Source: Octopus vulgaris (lineage: Eukaryota). Taken from it: a stretch of 64,000 nucleotides of DNA. Under the pieces are notes generated by a model that searched no databases, was not told where the DNA came from, and saw only the letters and a list, made by a program, of their open reading frames with translations. A program made the position numbers and the translations under genes. Numbering within the stretch: position 1 is the first letter of the stretch; every line of letters starts with the position of its first letter. Positions 28,566-43,850 of the stretch are shown piece after piece. The stretch is from positions 106,020,001 to 106,084,000 of the forward strand of contig OX597822.1 in NCBI GenBank assembly GCA_951406725.2. The letters are read 5' to 3'.

Positions 28566-28631
<66 letters not shown>

Positions 28632-28668
28632 TACTACTACTATTATCATTATAATAATAATAATAATA

Positions 28669-28704
<36 letters not shown>

Positions 28705-29097
28705 TTTGTTGTTGTTGTTTTTGTTGCTGCTGCTGCTCTTAATGTTGTCATCGTCATCTCCATCGTTATCCCCATCATCATCATCATCATTATTATTTTT
28801 AGTTGTAGTAGTGTTATCATTATTTTCCCCTCAAACGGTGTGAATATAAAAATGGGAAAAGCACTAACCTTAAGAATTTATTATCTCCTCTCTCCTTTTT
28901 TTTTTCTAATTAGGGTCGAAGGATTTGCAATCGTCTTTCATCTTGTGAAGGTTGATTAAGTTATTACATGTAAAAGTACCGAGGCGATTTGATCAACTAT
29001 ATTTATTACAGTAATAAAATTTACCTTGTGTCTCTTAAAGTAAAATATATATTATCGGTGTCATCACCATCACCATCATCATCATCATCATCATCAA

Positions 29098-29130
<33 letters not shown>

Positions 29131-29338
29131 TGTCGCCCCCATAATTATCACCGCCTTACTATGATCACCCTAATTTAAACGACGAATTTATGCGAAAATT
29201 TCATATCAAAATTTTTTATGTCAAATTAATGTTCATTTCCTTGAAAATACACTTTATTTTCTGTTTAGATATAGCCCATTTCTATGCCAAAATATCCTAA
29301 TCCAACAAGATAAGGTTTCGATCTCCCTGTTGAAGTCA

Positions 29339-29524
29339 AGGCTCCGGCAGAGAGGGGTAGCGATCCCTGCTGTACTCTTTCGCCACAACTCTCTCTCCCT
29401 CTTTCTTATGTTGGCCTACTCGCTTAGCCTGTGGGGTGGCGTCATTTGAAGGCTAAAACAATGTGAAGTGCTTTGTGACCAGCGATGTGTAGCAACATCT
29501 GATAGCCTTGTCGGTCACGGTGAT
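29339..29524 (+). mobile_element. 5'-truncated SINE, alternative-tail subfamily
   Basis: Shares GGCTCCGGCAG..GATCCCTGCTGTACTCTTT with the 3328 family but has the tail of 50819-51126; runs into (TA)n. Confidence 0.75.
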
Positions 29525-29535
29525 ATATATATAAT

Positions 29536-29690
<155 letters not shown>

Positions 29691-29970
29691 CTAAACATTT
29701 TTATAAAACCGAAATCTTTCACACTGATAGAAATAGACCATGATATATATTTACACTACAAATGCATCGAAAGGTATTAATTGTTAAATTAAAATAGTAA
29801 TAAATTAGCAGTCAGTGAAGACAGTGAACTGATAGAATAGTTGGAGCATTGAATACAATAACTCGCGATAAATGCTCCAGCTGGTCGTGCTCTCTATTTG
29901 TTAATTATCTATCTGAAGTCGTTAAATGAAGTTCGGAAAACTGGAACCGATTTCTTCTCTTTCTCTCCCC

Positions 29971-30035
<65 letters not shown>

Positions 30036-30248
30036 CACGTCACGTGAATGGAAAAGTAAGAAAGTCCTTGCGCAGAAATTCCACCAATCCTTTCCCTTGC
30101 AAATATGTAGGGCATCTCAAATGAAAACACAGTTCTCAGAGGCTTTTCCTTATTGCAGTAACTCTGGCTCAAAAAAAGGACACTTCATTAAATAAGTTTC
30201 TGTGCGGTTGTTGGCACCCCTCAGTAGAGCAAATGAATCTCTCTTAAT

Positions 30249-30637
30249 GATGGAAGCAAGCCGTCGGTTACGATGATGAGGGTTCCGGTTGATCCGAATC
30301 AACGGAACAGCCTGCTCGTGAAATTAACGTGTAAGTGGCTGAGCACTCCACAGACACGTGTACCCTTAACGTAGTTCTCGGGGATATTCAGCGTGACACA
30401 GAGAGTGACAATGCCGGCCCCTTGAAATACAGGTACAACAGTAACAGGAAGTAAGAGTAAGAGAAAGTTGTGGTGAAAGAGTACAGCAGGGATCACCACC
30501 ATCCCCTGCCGGAGGCTCGTGGAGCTTTTAGGTGTTTTCGCTCAATAAACACACACAACGCCCGGTCTGGGAATCGAAACCGCGATCCTATGACAGCGAG
30601 TCCGCTGCCCTAACCACTGGGCCATTGCGCCTCCACA
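30249..30637 (-). mobile_element. tRNA-derived SINE (same family as 3328)
   Basis: TSD AATCTC(T/C)CTTAAT. Confidence 0.9.
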
Positions 30638-31566
30638 AATCTCCCTTAATACACGTTCTAAGTCTTCTATAAAGAGAATTACAAATTAGATAATTTAACC
30701 CATGAAATAGCATAAAAAGACGAGATGGTCATGGATGAATGCGATTGATTATGAATATACTTATTCGCGGTTGATAACAACGGATATCTTACAACTGTAC
30801 AACTTTTAAGCCGATTATTTTAAAGGTGTAAGGGTTGTTAAAATCGAGTAGTTTAATTCTCCCCGTGGTTACAGTTTGGGAAGACGGCAGGTGAACTTCT
30901 ACTGCGATTATATATCTTAGATACTGTATATACAATCTAAATCTCATGTGATATCTCGTCATAAAACTCACGGACAATATTTATAAATTCACAGAATAAT
31001 CACTTCAGATATTTTCCAAACTTGTTCTCTACTTATCGACAGTTTTAGACATTCAGTATCAAATTTTATTCTTTGTTTTCAATTTTTCATTGTTTTGCTC
31101 ATAAAGTATTTTAATGTTCTTCGTGTGATAAATTTAAAATCTTTTCCAATAATGTTATACTTTAAGTGTATTCGATCGCGGTGTATGTTTATTTTTAAAT
31201 ATTCATAAATTGCATTCGATATTGAGTGACAAAAGAGAGGATGGTTAGCAGACAGTAAACGGGTGCTAGAAACAAATAGTTAGTTGTACTTCAATGTTGT
31301 GCTGCTAGATTGTAAGGTTGTAATGTGGATGACTTCTATAGATAGAGAAATCAACATTATATCAGACTACTAAATCTCTAACACGGTGAACGATGATTAT
31401 ACACCATCTAGTTATTGGTGAATTAGCAGACATTGCAGTGTATAAACCATATACATAACAATGACAATGTGGCACGAAGGTGGAAAACGAAAGAATTTAA
31501 GAGGAGAAAAAACAGAAAGGCAAACAAGCTGAATCCGTCATCAGTGACCAACCAAATATCATTACA

Positions 31567-31986
31567 GGGATCTTTTCGGTTTGAACGGCAGTTTTTAACA
31601 TAATTTCTAGGTAACTAAAAAATTTTAAACTTCGTATACTGGTAGAATGTGTTTATAAAACATCTTTTTCCCTTGGCTTTCTTGAGAAAATTCTATAGTT
31701 TGTAAGATATTTGTTGTTTTTTTTTCTTCAATTTCTGCAATTTCAACCAATCAATGACGTCCATTGAGGTAAAAAAATCATTCTGTGCCGTATGAACATG
31801 TTCCTCGTTTAAGAAACAGATTGGGTTTATTTACATTTGTTAAGAAAAAAGATACCCTTCCCCCACCCCTAACCCTAACCTTAAAACAGATTGAAATGCA
31901 ATAGATCGATACTAGGGTCATAACTATGGGAGAAAATTTTATATGACACCGCTAGGAAAAACTGCCGTTCAAACAGAAGAGATCCC
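31567..31986. mobile_element. MITE with ~30-bp TIRs and a 6-bp TSD
   Basis: TIRs GGGATCTTTTCGGTTTGAACGGCAGTTTTT / AAAAACTGCCGTTCAAACAGAAGAGATCCC; TSD ATTACA at 31561-31566 and 31987-31992. Confidence 0.85.
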
Positions 31987-33659
31987 ATTACAGTTTCGAA
32001 GCCTTTCAACAACAGCGTTCAATTTGGCAGAGTCGGAAACACGAGCTACTCGGATATAAACGCACAAACACGATAAAGAAACAAGAATAGAAAACAATAA
32101 GACAAGTGTGTTAAGAGAAGAAATGAAGTCTGTAGACTGAATGGTAAAGTTGTAGGGAGAAGAGGAAGAAAATATAAAAATATAAAATCAGGCAAATAAA
32201 TAGTGAAAGACGAAAAATACAAAACTAAACAAATGTTTATACAATGTCTTTCGACATAGCGAAAAGAAAGATGTGTTATGCGAAGTAACTCTACTAGGAA
32301 AGATAGCGTGCCTTTCGGCCTCGGAAAAAGAATTTAATTAATCAAGACAGAAGCATATGCAAAATAGCATTTAGTTGTATTCTTTACTGTTTGAGCTGAA
32401 TTTTTTCTAATAAAATTTACAAAAGTATACAGTTTGATTCAGTTCCTCTCTCTTCTACCCAACTAAATTCGAAAAGACAAAAAAAAAAAAACATGTTTAT
32501 GTAGGATTTTTTTATTAAAAGTTCGATTTTAATTAGCAGTTCAATGTAAAAACAAAAATATACATTAATATTATTTTCCAATCTGTTTCTATGCTTTTCA
32601 AACTCATATTAGCTATTATTTCCATTTGAGTGTCTTACCCTTGGTTCCCATCATTGAAAAAATAACAGATTGGAACAACAGCTGTGGTGATTTATTGATC
32701 GTTGTTATTGTCAATTTAGAGTGCATCATTCTAATATCGGAATTTTCTTTGTTATTTTATGAAAGAAAAGAAGAGAACTGGGAAAAGAGACGTTTTACAT
32801 AAGATGGGTAATTTATTTTGCCAGTAACGTTTCTTCAATTGTCTATTCTACAGATATTGTCTCATTATTTTCTATTAACTAAAACACACCATGTAATTAG
32901 TGAAGAAATATTTAGACTAAACATTATAAAAAATATAAATCACAAATATTCGAAGATTAGAAATTAAGAAGACATATGACAGCAGCCTGATTGGTAATCA
33001 TCGTTGTATCGATCAGTACAAATAGGTTTTTGTGTTGCTTCTCCTGTAGCCGATATTCCTGCCGATATCATTTTTGATGACTATGGATGTTGATTTTTCA
33101 ATGACACTACCGATGACAGATTCCACAGTAGGAATTTTATTTCTTCTTCCTTTAATTTTTATAACTTATATATATGTGTGTGTGTGTGAGTGTGTATTTC
33201 TTTTTGATTTAGGTTTTATATTTTTTTTACCTTTATGTTTAATGATTGTTTTTATTTTTCTTCTTGACTTGCAACTTGAAGTAAACTGATTAGTAAGACC
33301 GCTACCTGTCAAAACAGGAAGCGCTTCACTTCGAGATGAGTAGCTGAAAAAAAATATAACTCTAATGACCCACTCTCACACTATTACAGTGAACGGACCA
33401 ACGACAGACCCTCTACGTGGTTGCTTGATCCGCAGAAAATAACAGGAAATCTTCTTTCAAATCACACTGTATTATCTTTAAAAGAAAAGAAAATGGGAAA
33501 CCAATGTAGATAATGTACTCCGATACTGGATGATCTTGTTTAGAATGCCTTTTAAATATAGTATTATTCAGAGTCAACTTGGGGTTCAGTAGGGGATTCT
33601 GATTTAGGCCCAAAGCTAGGATTTTTGAGGAGAGGCGTAATTTAATAGCATTGCCTCCT

Positions 33660-34211
33660 ATGGATCACTTTATCGACAGCAGAAGGATGAATAGCAAACT
33701 AGATCTTGGCCAGTTGAACTCATAACGTAAAGAGACAAAAGAAATACCGCAAAGCATTTCCTTTCGAAGCTCTATCAATTCTATCTGCTCGCTGTTTTCT
33801 TAGAAAGATAAATAATCCTTTTTGCTATAGGCAAAAGGCATGGAATTTGGGGTTCAAAGTTAGACGATTACATCTGCCCTAGTAGGTACTTATTTCAACG
33901 ACCTACCGAAAGTAGAGCAAGCAAAGTTGACCTCGGCGGAATTTGAACTCAGAACATAAGTAATGCCGCTAATTATTTTGCCCCGCGTGCTACAGATTAT
34001 TTTCTACGCTAGGCGCAAGCTCGAAATTTTGGGAGAAGAGGGCAGTCGATTTGATCGACTTCAGTACACAACTGTTACTTAATTTATTGACCCAGAACGG
34101 AGAAAGAGCAAAGTCGACCTCGGCGGAATTTGAATTCAGAACGTAGCGGCAGGCGAAATACCGCTAAGCATCTCGCCCGGCGCGCTAACGTTTCTGCCAG
34201 CTCGCCGCCTT
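33660..34211 (-). mobile_element. Three tandem/nested SINEs of the AGGCGGCGAGCTGG family of different ages
   Basis: Repeated GACCTCGGCGGAATTTGAA motif and heads at about 33795, 33990 and 34211. Confidence 0.75.
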
Positions 34212-35309
34212 CGTCTTCTTCGAGATAACAATAATTTTATGTTGATATCGGTTGAGAGCGTGTTAAAATGTTCGATTTAGATGTATTAAGCGATAGTAAG
34301 CCTACAGGAAAAAAAATGAAATCACTTTAAGAAATTAAAATCGAGACAGACCGGTTCATTTGTAACGATAACAACATTTAAACCATCATTACTGGCTGTA
34401 CAAAATGTTAATTCACGTGTTTGAGAGATTTCCTCAAGACAAAAAAAAACAACAGCTTAGATTTAACTCCTAATTAAATATCTTTTGTCATTCACCAACA
34501 TATCTTCTGTTAGTGTATAATAAGCTGTGGCTTCTCAAATGGAAGAAAACATCTGCCTAGTTTGAGTAACAGTTAATGTACCTCACTATAATTAATATAT
34601 TGTGTAATTGAAGACCATATTTTAGCATAAGCATTACGCTTTGAGTAACATTTGGAAAATAGTAACCTAATTTATCCTTCTTACATTTGTATTCATCACC
34701 GTCAATTATTATACTCTAATTCTTAGCTGGCATGTATGCTTGCCAGATACGATTTCTTTCTCGTTGTTTTATTGTCGTGGTTTATTGTTGTTGCTGTTGT
34801 TATTTTCCTTTGGGTGAATAATGAAGCGATAATTGCCTGTTTTATATCTAAATATTAATCGAGCAAATATTTTTATCATTAGATGCAGATGCAGTTGGGT
34901 TTGAACCAGTACCCCTTACTTGTGATCTGTTTAAATGGAATACATACAAATACTACGCTAAAATATTTCCCTTAGAGAGCTAATACGTTGCTAGTATCTG
35001 ATTTTTTCATCAGAAATATATTCTTCCTTTCTATTAAGATCAAATGGAACTAAACAGATATCAGTGGTTACGTATTGTTATTTTACCTTACAAATGGCAT
35101 CCTAATAGTAGTCTAGGCTTTATCATTACCGATTTTAAAATGCCATTTCAATACTTTATTATAAGGAGACAAACTATTGTCATTCGGGAAGAACTCTTTG
35201 GTTGCTAACTTCCTTTGCCAGATCTGTTAGGAGATTCGATTTTGTTCAGTTCTTTGATTTTAATAATCAGTGATAAAGAACATTATAAATGAAATCTCAT
35301 TGGAAGTGT

Positions 35310-35398
<89 letters not shown>

Positions 35399-37054
35399 AT
35401 ATGTAAATATATATGTATATGTGTATGTATATATATTCTGTCATTTGAAATATCTATAATATATATTTTATTACAAAATATGTTTTTAGCATATTCGACT
35501 TATGAAAAATATTTTGAAAAGTGAATCCTTTATTTAGAATCAATAAAAGAATTTCATTTTCAAAAATAGTTTATATGAGTGTGTAGAAATTTATAAAGAT
35601 GAACATAGGGTTAGTAACAATAATGAATTATGCATTTTACTTATTTCGTATATAACAACAGGAAATAGATCTCTTCTTAGACAGCATATGTTTTGTGAAT
35701 ACAAGTTAATGAAGTGTATATAACATATATTAATTTAAAATATCAACGAAGTTTGAGATTACATAAATATGTTCCTAAATAAATGTACATACATTTGGCA
35801 ATTTAAAAATCTATAAATCTTATGGAGGTTGTACATTTATTTTCCCCTATGCTTTACAAAATCCAGTGGTTTATGCGTATATAATAAATATTAAATTGTT
35901 ATGTTATAGAATCAAATTACTGCCGTCTGCGAGCTGTCAGAAAGAGAAAAATACAGAAGACACGTGATTAGAACTGGTAGAAGTAATTTTGTCGCTGTTA
36001 AGACGAAAGTTTACCCATTAACATAGCAAGAGAGAGAGAGAGAGAGAGACTAAAATGAGACAGCTTAGCTATAGGTGTTGGTGGTAGCTTAAAGTATATC
36101 ATACTATGGTGAGTTCGTATAAAAGCCAAAATATGGCTTGCGGTATACTAGTCTCTGGTTAAAATAACTCATGTGACAACGGTGAAAGATGGTTGTGTAT
36201 TTTACTTAGCTGGTCAATAACGAAAATTAGCTGACAATCTGCGATCTCAGATTGTTGGGACTTAACACATGGCTAAACTGAAGCTAACCTCACTGCGTTA
36301 TCTTCTACTAGATTGCTAAAGAAGCAGGCATTAGACAGCAGATTGGGAAAACAAGTTGAAGATGAATGAAAATTACGAACAGTAGGAAATGATAAAAATA
36401 GTGAATCGGTTCAAGGAAACTAAATATAATACTATGCATGTATGTGTTAGGTGCAAACAGAGTGACTGCATGTGTGCATAAGTATGCAAATGGGTGCTGT
36501 TGTTAGCTATCGGCTAGTTCTGTGTTTGTTTGCCTACACGTGGAAGATAAAAGGGTCCTGCATAAAGGTGAAGCGATCAATGATATTAGTATTTTGCAAC
36601 CATAGGTATTTGGTTTGCCTTCGTGTCACAACGTGCTTTGAATGAATACTGAGATTGGCGGGGATTAAATGTCTGAACTGATGACTGCAAAAGCGAAATG
36701 CAGCTCGCTTGCAAATCTAACTCGTCACGTGTACAGTGCTTGTATTGGTGTCAAGGTGTGTATATATGTGCGCAGGTGCCTCTGTGACTATACATCTATG
36801 TGTGTAAAGCAAATGAAAAATCTAATACATAGTAAATGCTATTGAGAACGAAAAGAGATATTACAGGGTGGTAGAGGAGGAAAACGTACATCTGAAAGAG
36901 TTAAATGAAAAAGTTGAATTGATTAATGATATAAAAAGAAAAGAAAGAAAAATTATTACATTGCTAGCAAGAATTAAGGCAATATAAGTCCTATCTTAGA
37001 CATTCTGTTTAATGAAACCAAGTATTTCAGCCGTAATTCTATTCATATTAACGT

Positions 37055-37228
37055 TGTTGGTGTGTTTACGTCTCCCATAACTTAGCGGTTAGGCAACAGA
37101 AACTGATAGAATAAGTACTAGGCTTCAAAAACAATTAGTCCTGGAGTCGATTTGTTCGACTTAAATCCCTTTAAGTTGGTGCCATAACATGGCCTCAATC
37201 AAATGAGTGAAACAAGTAAAAGATAAGC
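37055..37228 (+). mobile_element. 3' part of a CORE-like SINE
   Basis: GGTGTGTTTACGTC..TAACTTAGCGGTT..GATAGAATAAGTACTAGGC..GAAACAAGTAAAAGA. Confidence 0.65.
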
Positions 37229-39919
37229 AATAATAGATAGTTACACCATTCAAGGCTGGTAAATGCATTGTAAAATAAAGCAGAAATGAAATAGTAAATA
37301 TAACAGATGTTAATTTAGAATATCACTCTAAGAAGAGTTTACATAAATTGTTTATAATCTGTGTATATTAGTCTAGTACATAATTTGTATCGGGAAAAAA
37401 ATGATATGGGAAATACGTTTATATTTTGATGTTTTAAAAGTTACTAGTAGTATGTGTGTTAAGAATGATCGATTCGGTGGAATAATTTGTGTTGTAGAGT
37501 TCAAATGTCTGCAATTTGAAAATGACCAGCCGCAAAGCGAAAAGCAGATAATGTACTTGTGTAGAGAAGTTTAGATGTTATTGCGTCGAAGCAAACAGAG
37601 AGAGTTAATCACTTGCTGACAGTGAGAGAGCGTAAGAAAACAATAGCTTAGTCTTGTCTGTATGCGACAACAAAAAAAAAAAAAAGATTATTTTGAGTTC
37701 TTTAAACAGTTAAAACAACTCACAGGCTACTAGTCTCTGACTAACTAAAATCTCACGATTATTACTTCTATATTTAATGGTAAAAATCGTAGAATATCTG
37801 TTCCCTTCGTAGTCACAGAATTATTGTGGGAAATATTTAAACTTAATACTTTAAAATTGTCTCATATATTTTCCCCAGATAGACTCACTTGAATTCAAAT
37901 TAACCATTAAACACTAAACCATATTGAAATATATTTCGTCCTAATCGAATGTTTTTATAGTAAATAATGGTTTTCTATTTTTATGAGTGGAACAAAAAAT
38001 GCCTATACTTGGTTTTCTAATGAAACAATACTTCAATTTTTCTTTCATTGTCATCCTTATTTCATTCAATGTCGATATAATGTGTTTTCTGTGCGATAAT
38101 TATCATCCAAAATGGAAACAAATACTATTGGCAAATAAGAACAAGTAGTCTAATTGATTTTCTACAAATCATATGAATGGTAAAATATTTCCTTGGGTCT
38201 TTTGTTATGCAATAAAATGTAATTTATTGCCATATTAACATCATATTTAATATCTTTTCCATTGCAATGTTTAAATGAAGTTTTCTAGAATAATATGTAA
38301 AACAACGTAAAATTAAATTTCCGGAAAGGAAACTACTTGTGCAATTCTACACTTTTGAGATGTTTACAGACTGATAAACTGAAAACTAATTTTTTTGAAA
38401 TAATTCTTTTGAGAATTTTCATAATTGATTAGGTTGTGAAGGTACCACTAATATAATCCAGTTCAAAGACTCTGACACAAGTGAACGTGGATTTATTGCT
38501 GTCAAGAAAAACAAACGCTTCCATGGAATACAGAAAATAAGGACTGAAGTCCACCCTCCAAATGCATTCGTTCTCAATGGAATACTTGTCAATGTACTAA
38601 TTAAACAAAGCCCTAAATCAACAGTGGTTTCTCATTATTTTCTATTAACTAAAACACCAGGTAATTAATGAAGAAATATTTAGACTAAATAACGTTAAAA
38701 ATATCAATTTCAAATATTTTAAGACAGAAAATTAAGACGTATGACACCACCTTGATTGGTGATTGCTGTATCGATGATAACAAATAAGTTTTTTTTATAT
38801 TGCTTCTGAATCCGATATTCACGCTGATAGGATTCTTGAGGACTATGGATGTTAATGGCTGAAAGACATGAATGATAACAGACTCTACATTTGATATTTT
38901 CTTTCTTTTTCATTTCTTTGTTAGTTATTTTATATTATCATGTTTTTTTCTATCGAATTGAAAACTGTCAAATGAGGCAATGCCCCAACTCGTGTTGAAT
39001 AGACAGAAAAAAAAACTGTTCGTGTAATTACCCACTCAAGTAATGCTGTGGTGAAATTGTCAATGAGGAAGCCCCTGCGTGTGAGCCCATCCTGTTAAAC
39101 ATAGTACAAGTCAACGAGATGGTTTTATAAGACGGATCGATAACGGCTGAAATGCATTTGTTTATAGATCTGGTATTCGATCAGACCTGATTTGGAGTTA
39201 AACAACAAGATTATAGATTTATAGCTTGATGCCTGCTTCTGAGCCAACTTTATTAGGCACGAATAAATGTGCAGAGCAAGTGACATCACTCTTGAAGTCT
39301 TTGAAATCAGATGCGCAGACGTTGGCTCATTGGTGACGATAACAACCTCATGTAAAGCAAGCTCGATGTTTTACACCAACGTGGACCTTAACAGAGCAAA
39401 AGTCTCATAAAAGGCATTTCACTGTGAAAATCTTTTTTTTTATTATTTTGAAGTGTTGGCTGTATGTATTGCCAACATTGACTAACGTATCTTCATCTTT
39501 TTACGGCGATAGAGTATTATTTCAGGGAAATTTGTTTGCTATTTCTACCAAGTCCGGGGACCATGGACTGATTCATTAAAATAAAAGTCTTGTTAGTAGC
39601 GAAATATTTGTGTTTATTGAAGTGGTTTTGACGTTTGATATTTGATAAAAAAAATCGACTTTGATTTATTAATAATTTATAAAGCGGGTATTTAAATTAG
39701 CGATAGTATTGTTTTTTGTGTAGCGTATGTATAAACGTTCCAAATAAATAAACACCTGACCCACAACACTAAATATTTGTCCTGTAAGATCATTTAGAAA
39801 TTATTCAGCTCCCATCTATCAATCAAAACTTATTTTACGACAGACATTTTATATTCTGATTTCATATTTCAGGTCTGATTTACCTTTTAACTCCATTCAT
39901 GATGACAATTTATATGATT

Positions 39920-40123
39920 TCAAATCTTGGCACAAGGCCAGCAGGTTTAAAGGAGGAATTAAGCTGATTATATTGAACTCAGTGTTCAACCGATACTTAT
40001 TTTACCGGCTCCGAAAGGATAAAAGGCAATTCTGACCTCGGCAGGATTTGAACTCAGAACAAAGACAGGCGAAATGCTGCTAAGTATTTTGCCCGGCTAA
40101 CGACTCTGCTAACTCACCACCTT
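39920..40123 (-). mobile_element. Old SINE, AGGCGGCGAGCTGG family
   Basis: Homology to 20544-20778. Confidence 0.65.
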
Positions 40124-40214
40124 ATGATGTCAGCTGATATTAATGTACTAAGGTTTTACTGAATGAAACCAAAGAAGGGTTAATTACTTTCTCCCTCCAG
40201 CAATTTCCTTACGC

Positions 40215-40470
40215 ATCCCATCTGCTGGGCCAATTCCCTAGGGGATTGCCGTGGATCTTTATAGATGAGGTTGTTCAATCGGTCTTCAATGAAATGATCA
40301 GGTCAGCCGAAAAGCGGAGCCTGTGAGGTTGAATTTGCCATCGTTGAAGAGCAAACCCTGTCTGTGTACTTCTTTCAGTTGTAGGCTTTCTCCGTACACA
40401 GCACAAATGTGTCAAGCGGCCTTAGCAGCTTTGGAACATTGACTGAAAGGGAAGAAAAACAAGTGATGGA
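40215..40470 (-). mobile_element. Degraded mariner transposase N-terminal (HTH) fragment
   Basis: Minus strand SKAAKAA*HICAVYGE...GKFNL...EDRLNNLIYKDPRQSPRELA. Confidence 0.7.
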
Positions 40471-41729
40471 CATGCTCATTTGTTTCTACTTGGCACATTA
40501 CGTCATATGTCTGAAAACAGTTAAATATATTAAAATTTCAAATACGATAAACAAAAGCTGTTGGAGAAAAAACAGCTTGAAAAAATACAACATAAAACAG
40601 TATGACAAAAGTATTTTTTTAATTTATCTGACAGCCAAATATTATCAGATATTTTACAATACATTTTAAGTACTAAATTTTTTCTATTACATATATAGCA
40701 CAATATACGTGATAAAAACATAACCGCTTTTCAAATTCTATCTAGCATAATGTGTATAACTATACCTGCAACACAGTTTAAATCATTTCGATTTTTTGAA
40801 ATTACCTTAGCAGTGGGACTACTTTTCCATGGAAACTGTCATTCTTCAATCCATTACGTGTTAACCTCATAAAATAAATTGCTCTGCCAGAATGAAATTT
40901 TCCACCCTTTAATTTTCTTGTGTTATTTAGTCGTCATTTTGCGAAATAGCTTGTAGATGATTTACATAAAATGTTTTCTGTCGGCATCTGTTTTCCTTCT
41001 CAAGTCAATCAATAAAAACAAACACATATTAGAATTCCGTTCTTTCACACATTCTAAGCAAGAACGAAGCAATGACACAACGCCTAGCAGTCACGTCCTT
41101 TACATCAATAGCGACAATATCGGATTTGAAATGAACACGTTAGTTATTTCCATTTTCCAGCATGGACATACTCGGTAAATATTAGCAGAGACGGATGTGT
41201 ACACAGTTCATGAGAGTAGAACAAACCTGGCAGAAAATGTTCCAGATTTTCTTCATCAGTAATCACAAAACGGATATAGATTAAAATATATTGTGACTTG
41301 CCATTGATTGCTATAGTTGTGCATAGATTTCATGTGAGATTTTCTCGATATGCAAGGGAGATAAAATTGTGTAACTAGCGTATAAGCTTGGTAATAATAT
41401 TGTATATTGTTTCAAAATAAACGCAGAGGATCATGGGATTAAGAGTTTGCGAATAAGATGTTATAAGTCATGTAGTAACATCAAATTAATTTGATAGTAT
41501 AGTTTGATACACAGCTTGACGCTTATTAATCGAAAATTTCCAAAATTGTACATATACATACATATATGCGTATGTATATATATACATACATACATACATA
41601 CATACATAATCGAGTTATGCCGTGCAGTAGAGTCCAGAAGGCGGATGAAATAGTGCTATCCGTGGCTACATGAGATTTTAAGTGCTTTAGTTAATATAAA
41701 AATCAAGAAGTTATATGGAAATGTGTACA

Positions 41730-41761
41730 TATACATATATATATATATATACGCATATATA

Positions 41762-41796
<35 letters not shown>

Positions 41797-42095
41797 TTAT
41801 GTGTGTATATGTGTGTGTGTTTGTGTGTGTGTTTTCACTCTTATTTTAAATTTATACATGCCTTATATATATATATAAATATATTTATGTATATATATAT
41901 ATATTTATGTATATATGTATGTATGTATATATATATGTATGTATATATATATGTATATATATATGTATGTATATATATATATATATGTATATATATATGT
42001 ATGTATATATATATATGTATATATATATATGTATGTATATATGTATATATGTATATATATATGTATGTATGTATATATATATATATGTATGTATG

Positions 42096-42126
<31 letters not shown>

Positions 42127-42158
42127 ATATGTATGTATATATATATGTATATATATAT

Positions 42159-42199
<41 letters not shown>
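41730..42199. repeat. (TA)n/(TATG)n compound microsatellite
   Basis: Direct inspection. Confidence 0.95.
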
Positions 42200-42202
<3 letters not shown>

Positions 42203-43814
42203 AATTCAAATAAACAAGGAAAATTAACGGACAAGAGGACGTGCACAAGAAATGTAATGTATTAGGTTGACGCTCGGTCAAAAGAGATAGTCTGACCTTT
42301 CAAGCATAGCTCTTCGTCGGATAGGCGAAAGGGAAAAGTCCAAAAGGAGAAAAGGAAAAGAAATCAACACTTCATTGATGAATATATGTAAATGTATAAA
42401 TGCATTTCTATAAGTGTATGTATATATGTATGTGTACATGTGTGTGTTTGTGGGTGCATGTATGTGTAATATATACATCGCAGTTCACCTATCGCGCACT
42501 CAGTATATCGCGGATTTTTCTGGTTAGTATGTGTAAATCTATATCGCGTACCCCTCAGTATATCCGGGTTCCTGCGGCTGAATAGATATCTATAGTTTTT
42601 AGATTTTAATTATTTCCATGGAAGGTTTTGGAACGTAACACTCGCGGTAGTTGATGGATTATATTCATCAGTTGTTTCTGGGGCCTCGGCGATCCATAAT
42701 GATGCTTGTAGATTAATTCCATTAGAGAATGTTGCTGTATGGATGCATTTAACATAGGATGAGATGAGCCTCCGTCTGCAGGAAAGAGATCTTACGTTTG
42801 AGATCATAAAGCATTAATACTGTATTGTACATAATATATACGTCGTGCAAATAGTTAAATTTTGCAGATTTCTACACGGAGAATTTCTTTACAACTGCTT
42901 TCATTTAATTAAGGATAGTGCAGTTCGATTTAGATGTGTGCCGCCACCCTTAGATTCTTCAGAGGTCATTGTCGAGACAAGAGAAGTGAAATGAATAGAA
43001 ATTCAGACAATAGCATTGCTTTAGTCTTTTAGCAGAATATAATCAGTTGTCAGTCACAATTAGTAAGAGATTTAGCATTCGATACCAACAAGATAGAAGG
43101 TTAGAGCCAAGATGTATAATCTAACTGAATATTATTGATATTTATTTTATGAGTGAAATAATTGGAAGAATAAATTTTAATCGATTTTAGTATATATCAC
43201 TGTTATTTGATCTACTTTTGGAGAAATAAAATTTGAAGTCACCTGCCAAATGATTCTAATTCTGGATAATAGAAAGATGAAACTAAACACTGTAATGTAT
43301 TTAGTCTGGTCTGCTGCCATCTCTGACAAAGAGCCGCCCACGAGACAAATAAAATATTTATCGATTAAGAAAACGCATGCCAGGTTGTTATCGAAGTAGA
43401 ACAGAAGAAAAAATATCGTAAATCTATATTACCTTATAACATTCTTGTGTTATGGCCATTACGTGATCATAACACTGGGAGATAATATTTATCAATATAC
43501 ACTTTGTATTATCTGTTATATTATTTCGCATGAAATTTCATTGAGCAAAGAGAAACATGAGTACGTCCATATTTGCTTCTGCTTTGATTTCTTTTCACAG
43601 TCATACATTGAATATGGCATAGTTTTATTGGATTTGGCGTTTGCAAACGTAATGGGATATTCGATTTTGTTTCAAATAACTTTGTTTCCACAGCTTTTAA
43701 TTTTCATCTTCATTTCAAGAACACAAGCTGCAGAAAATGTGTTTTAGTATAAATCGAAATACATACATATACAAGTGTACGTGCACACACACACGAATGT
43801 ATTGAAAAAAAAAA

Positions 43815-43844
<30 letters not shown>

Positions 43845-43850
<6 letters not shown>

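Noticed and set aside
35920-37770. Weak similarity between about 35920-36190 and 37560-37770 (CAGCTTAG/TAGCTTAG, TACTAGTCTCTG)
   Set aside because: Only short matches; cannot be distinguished from chance by eye.
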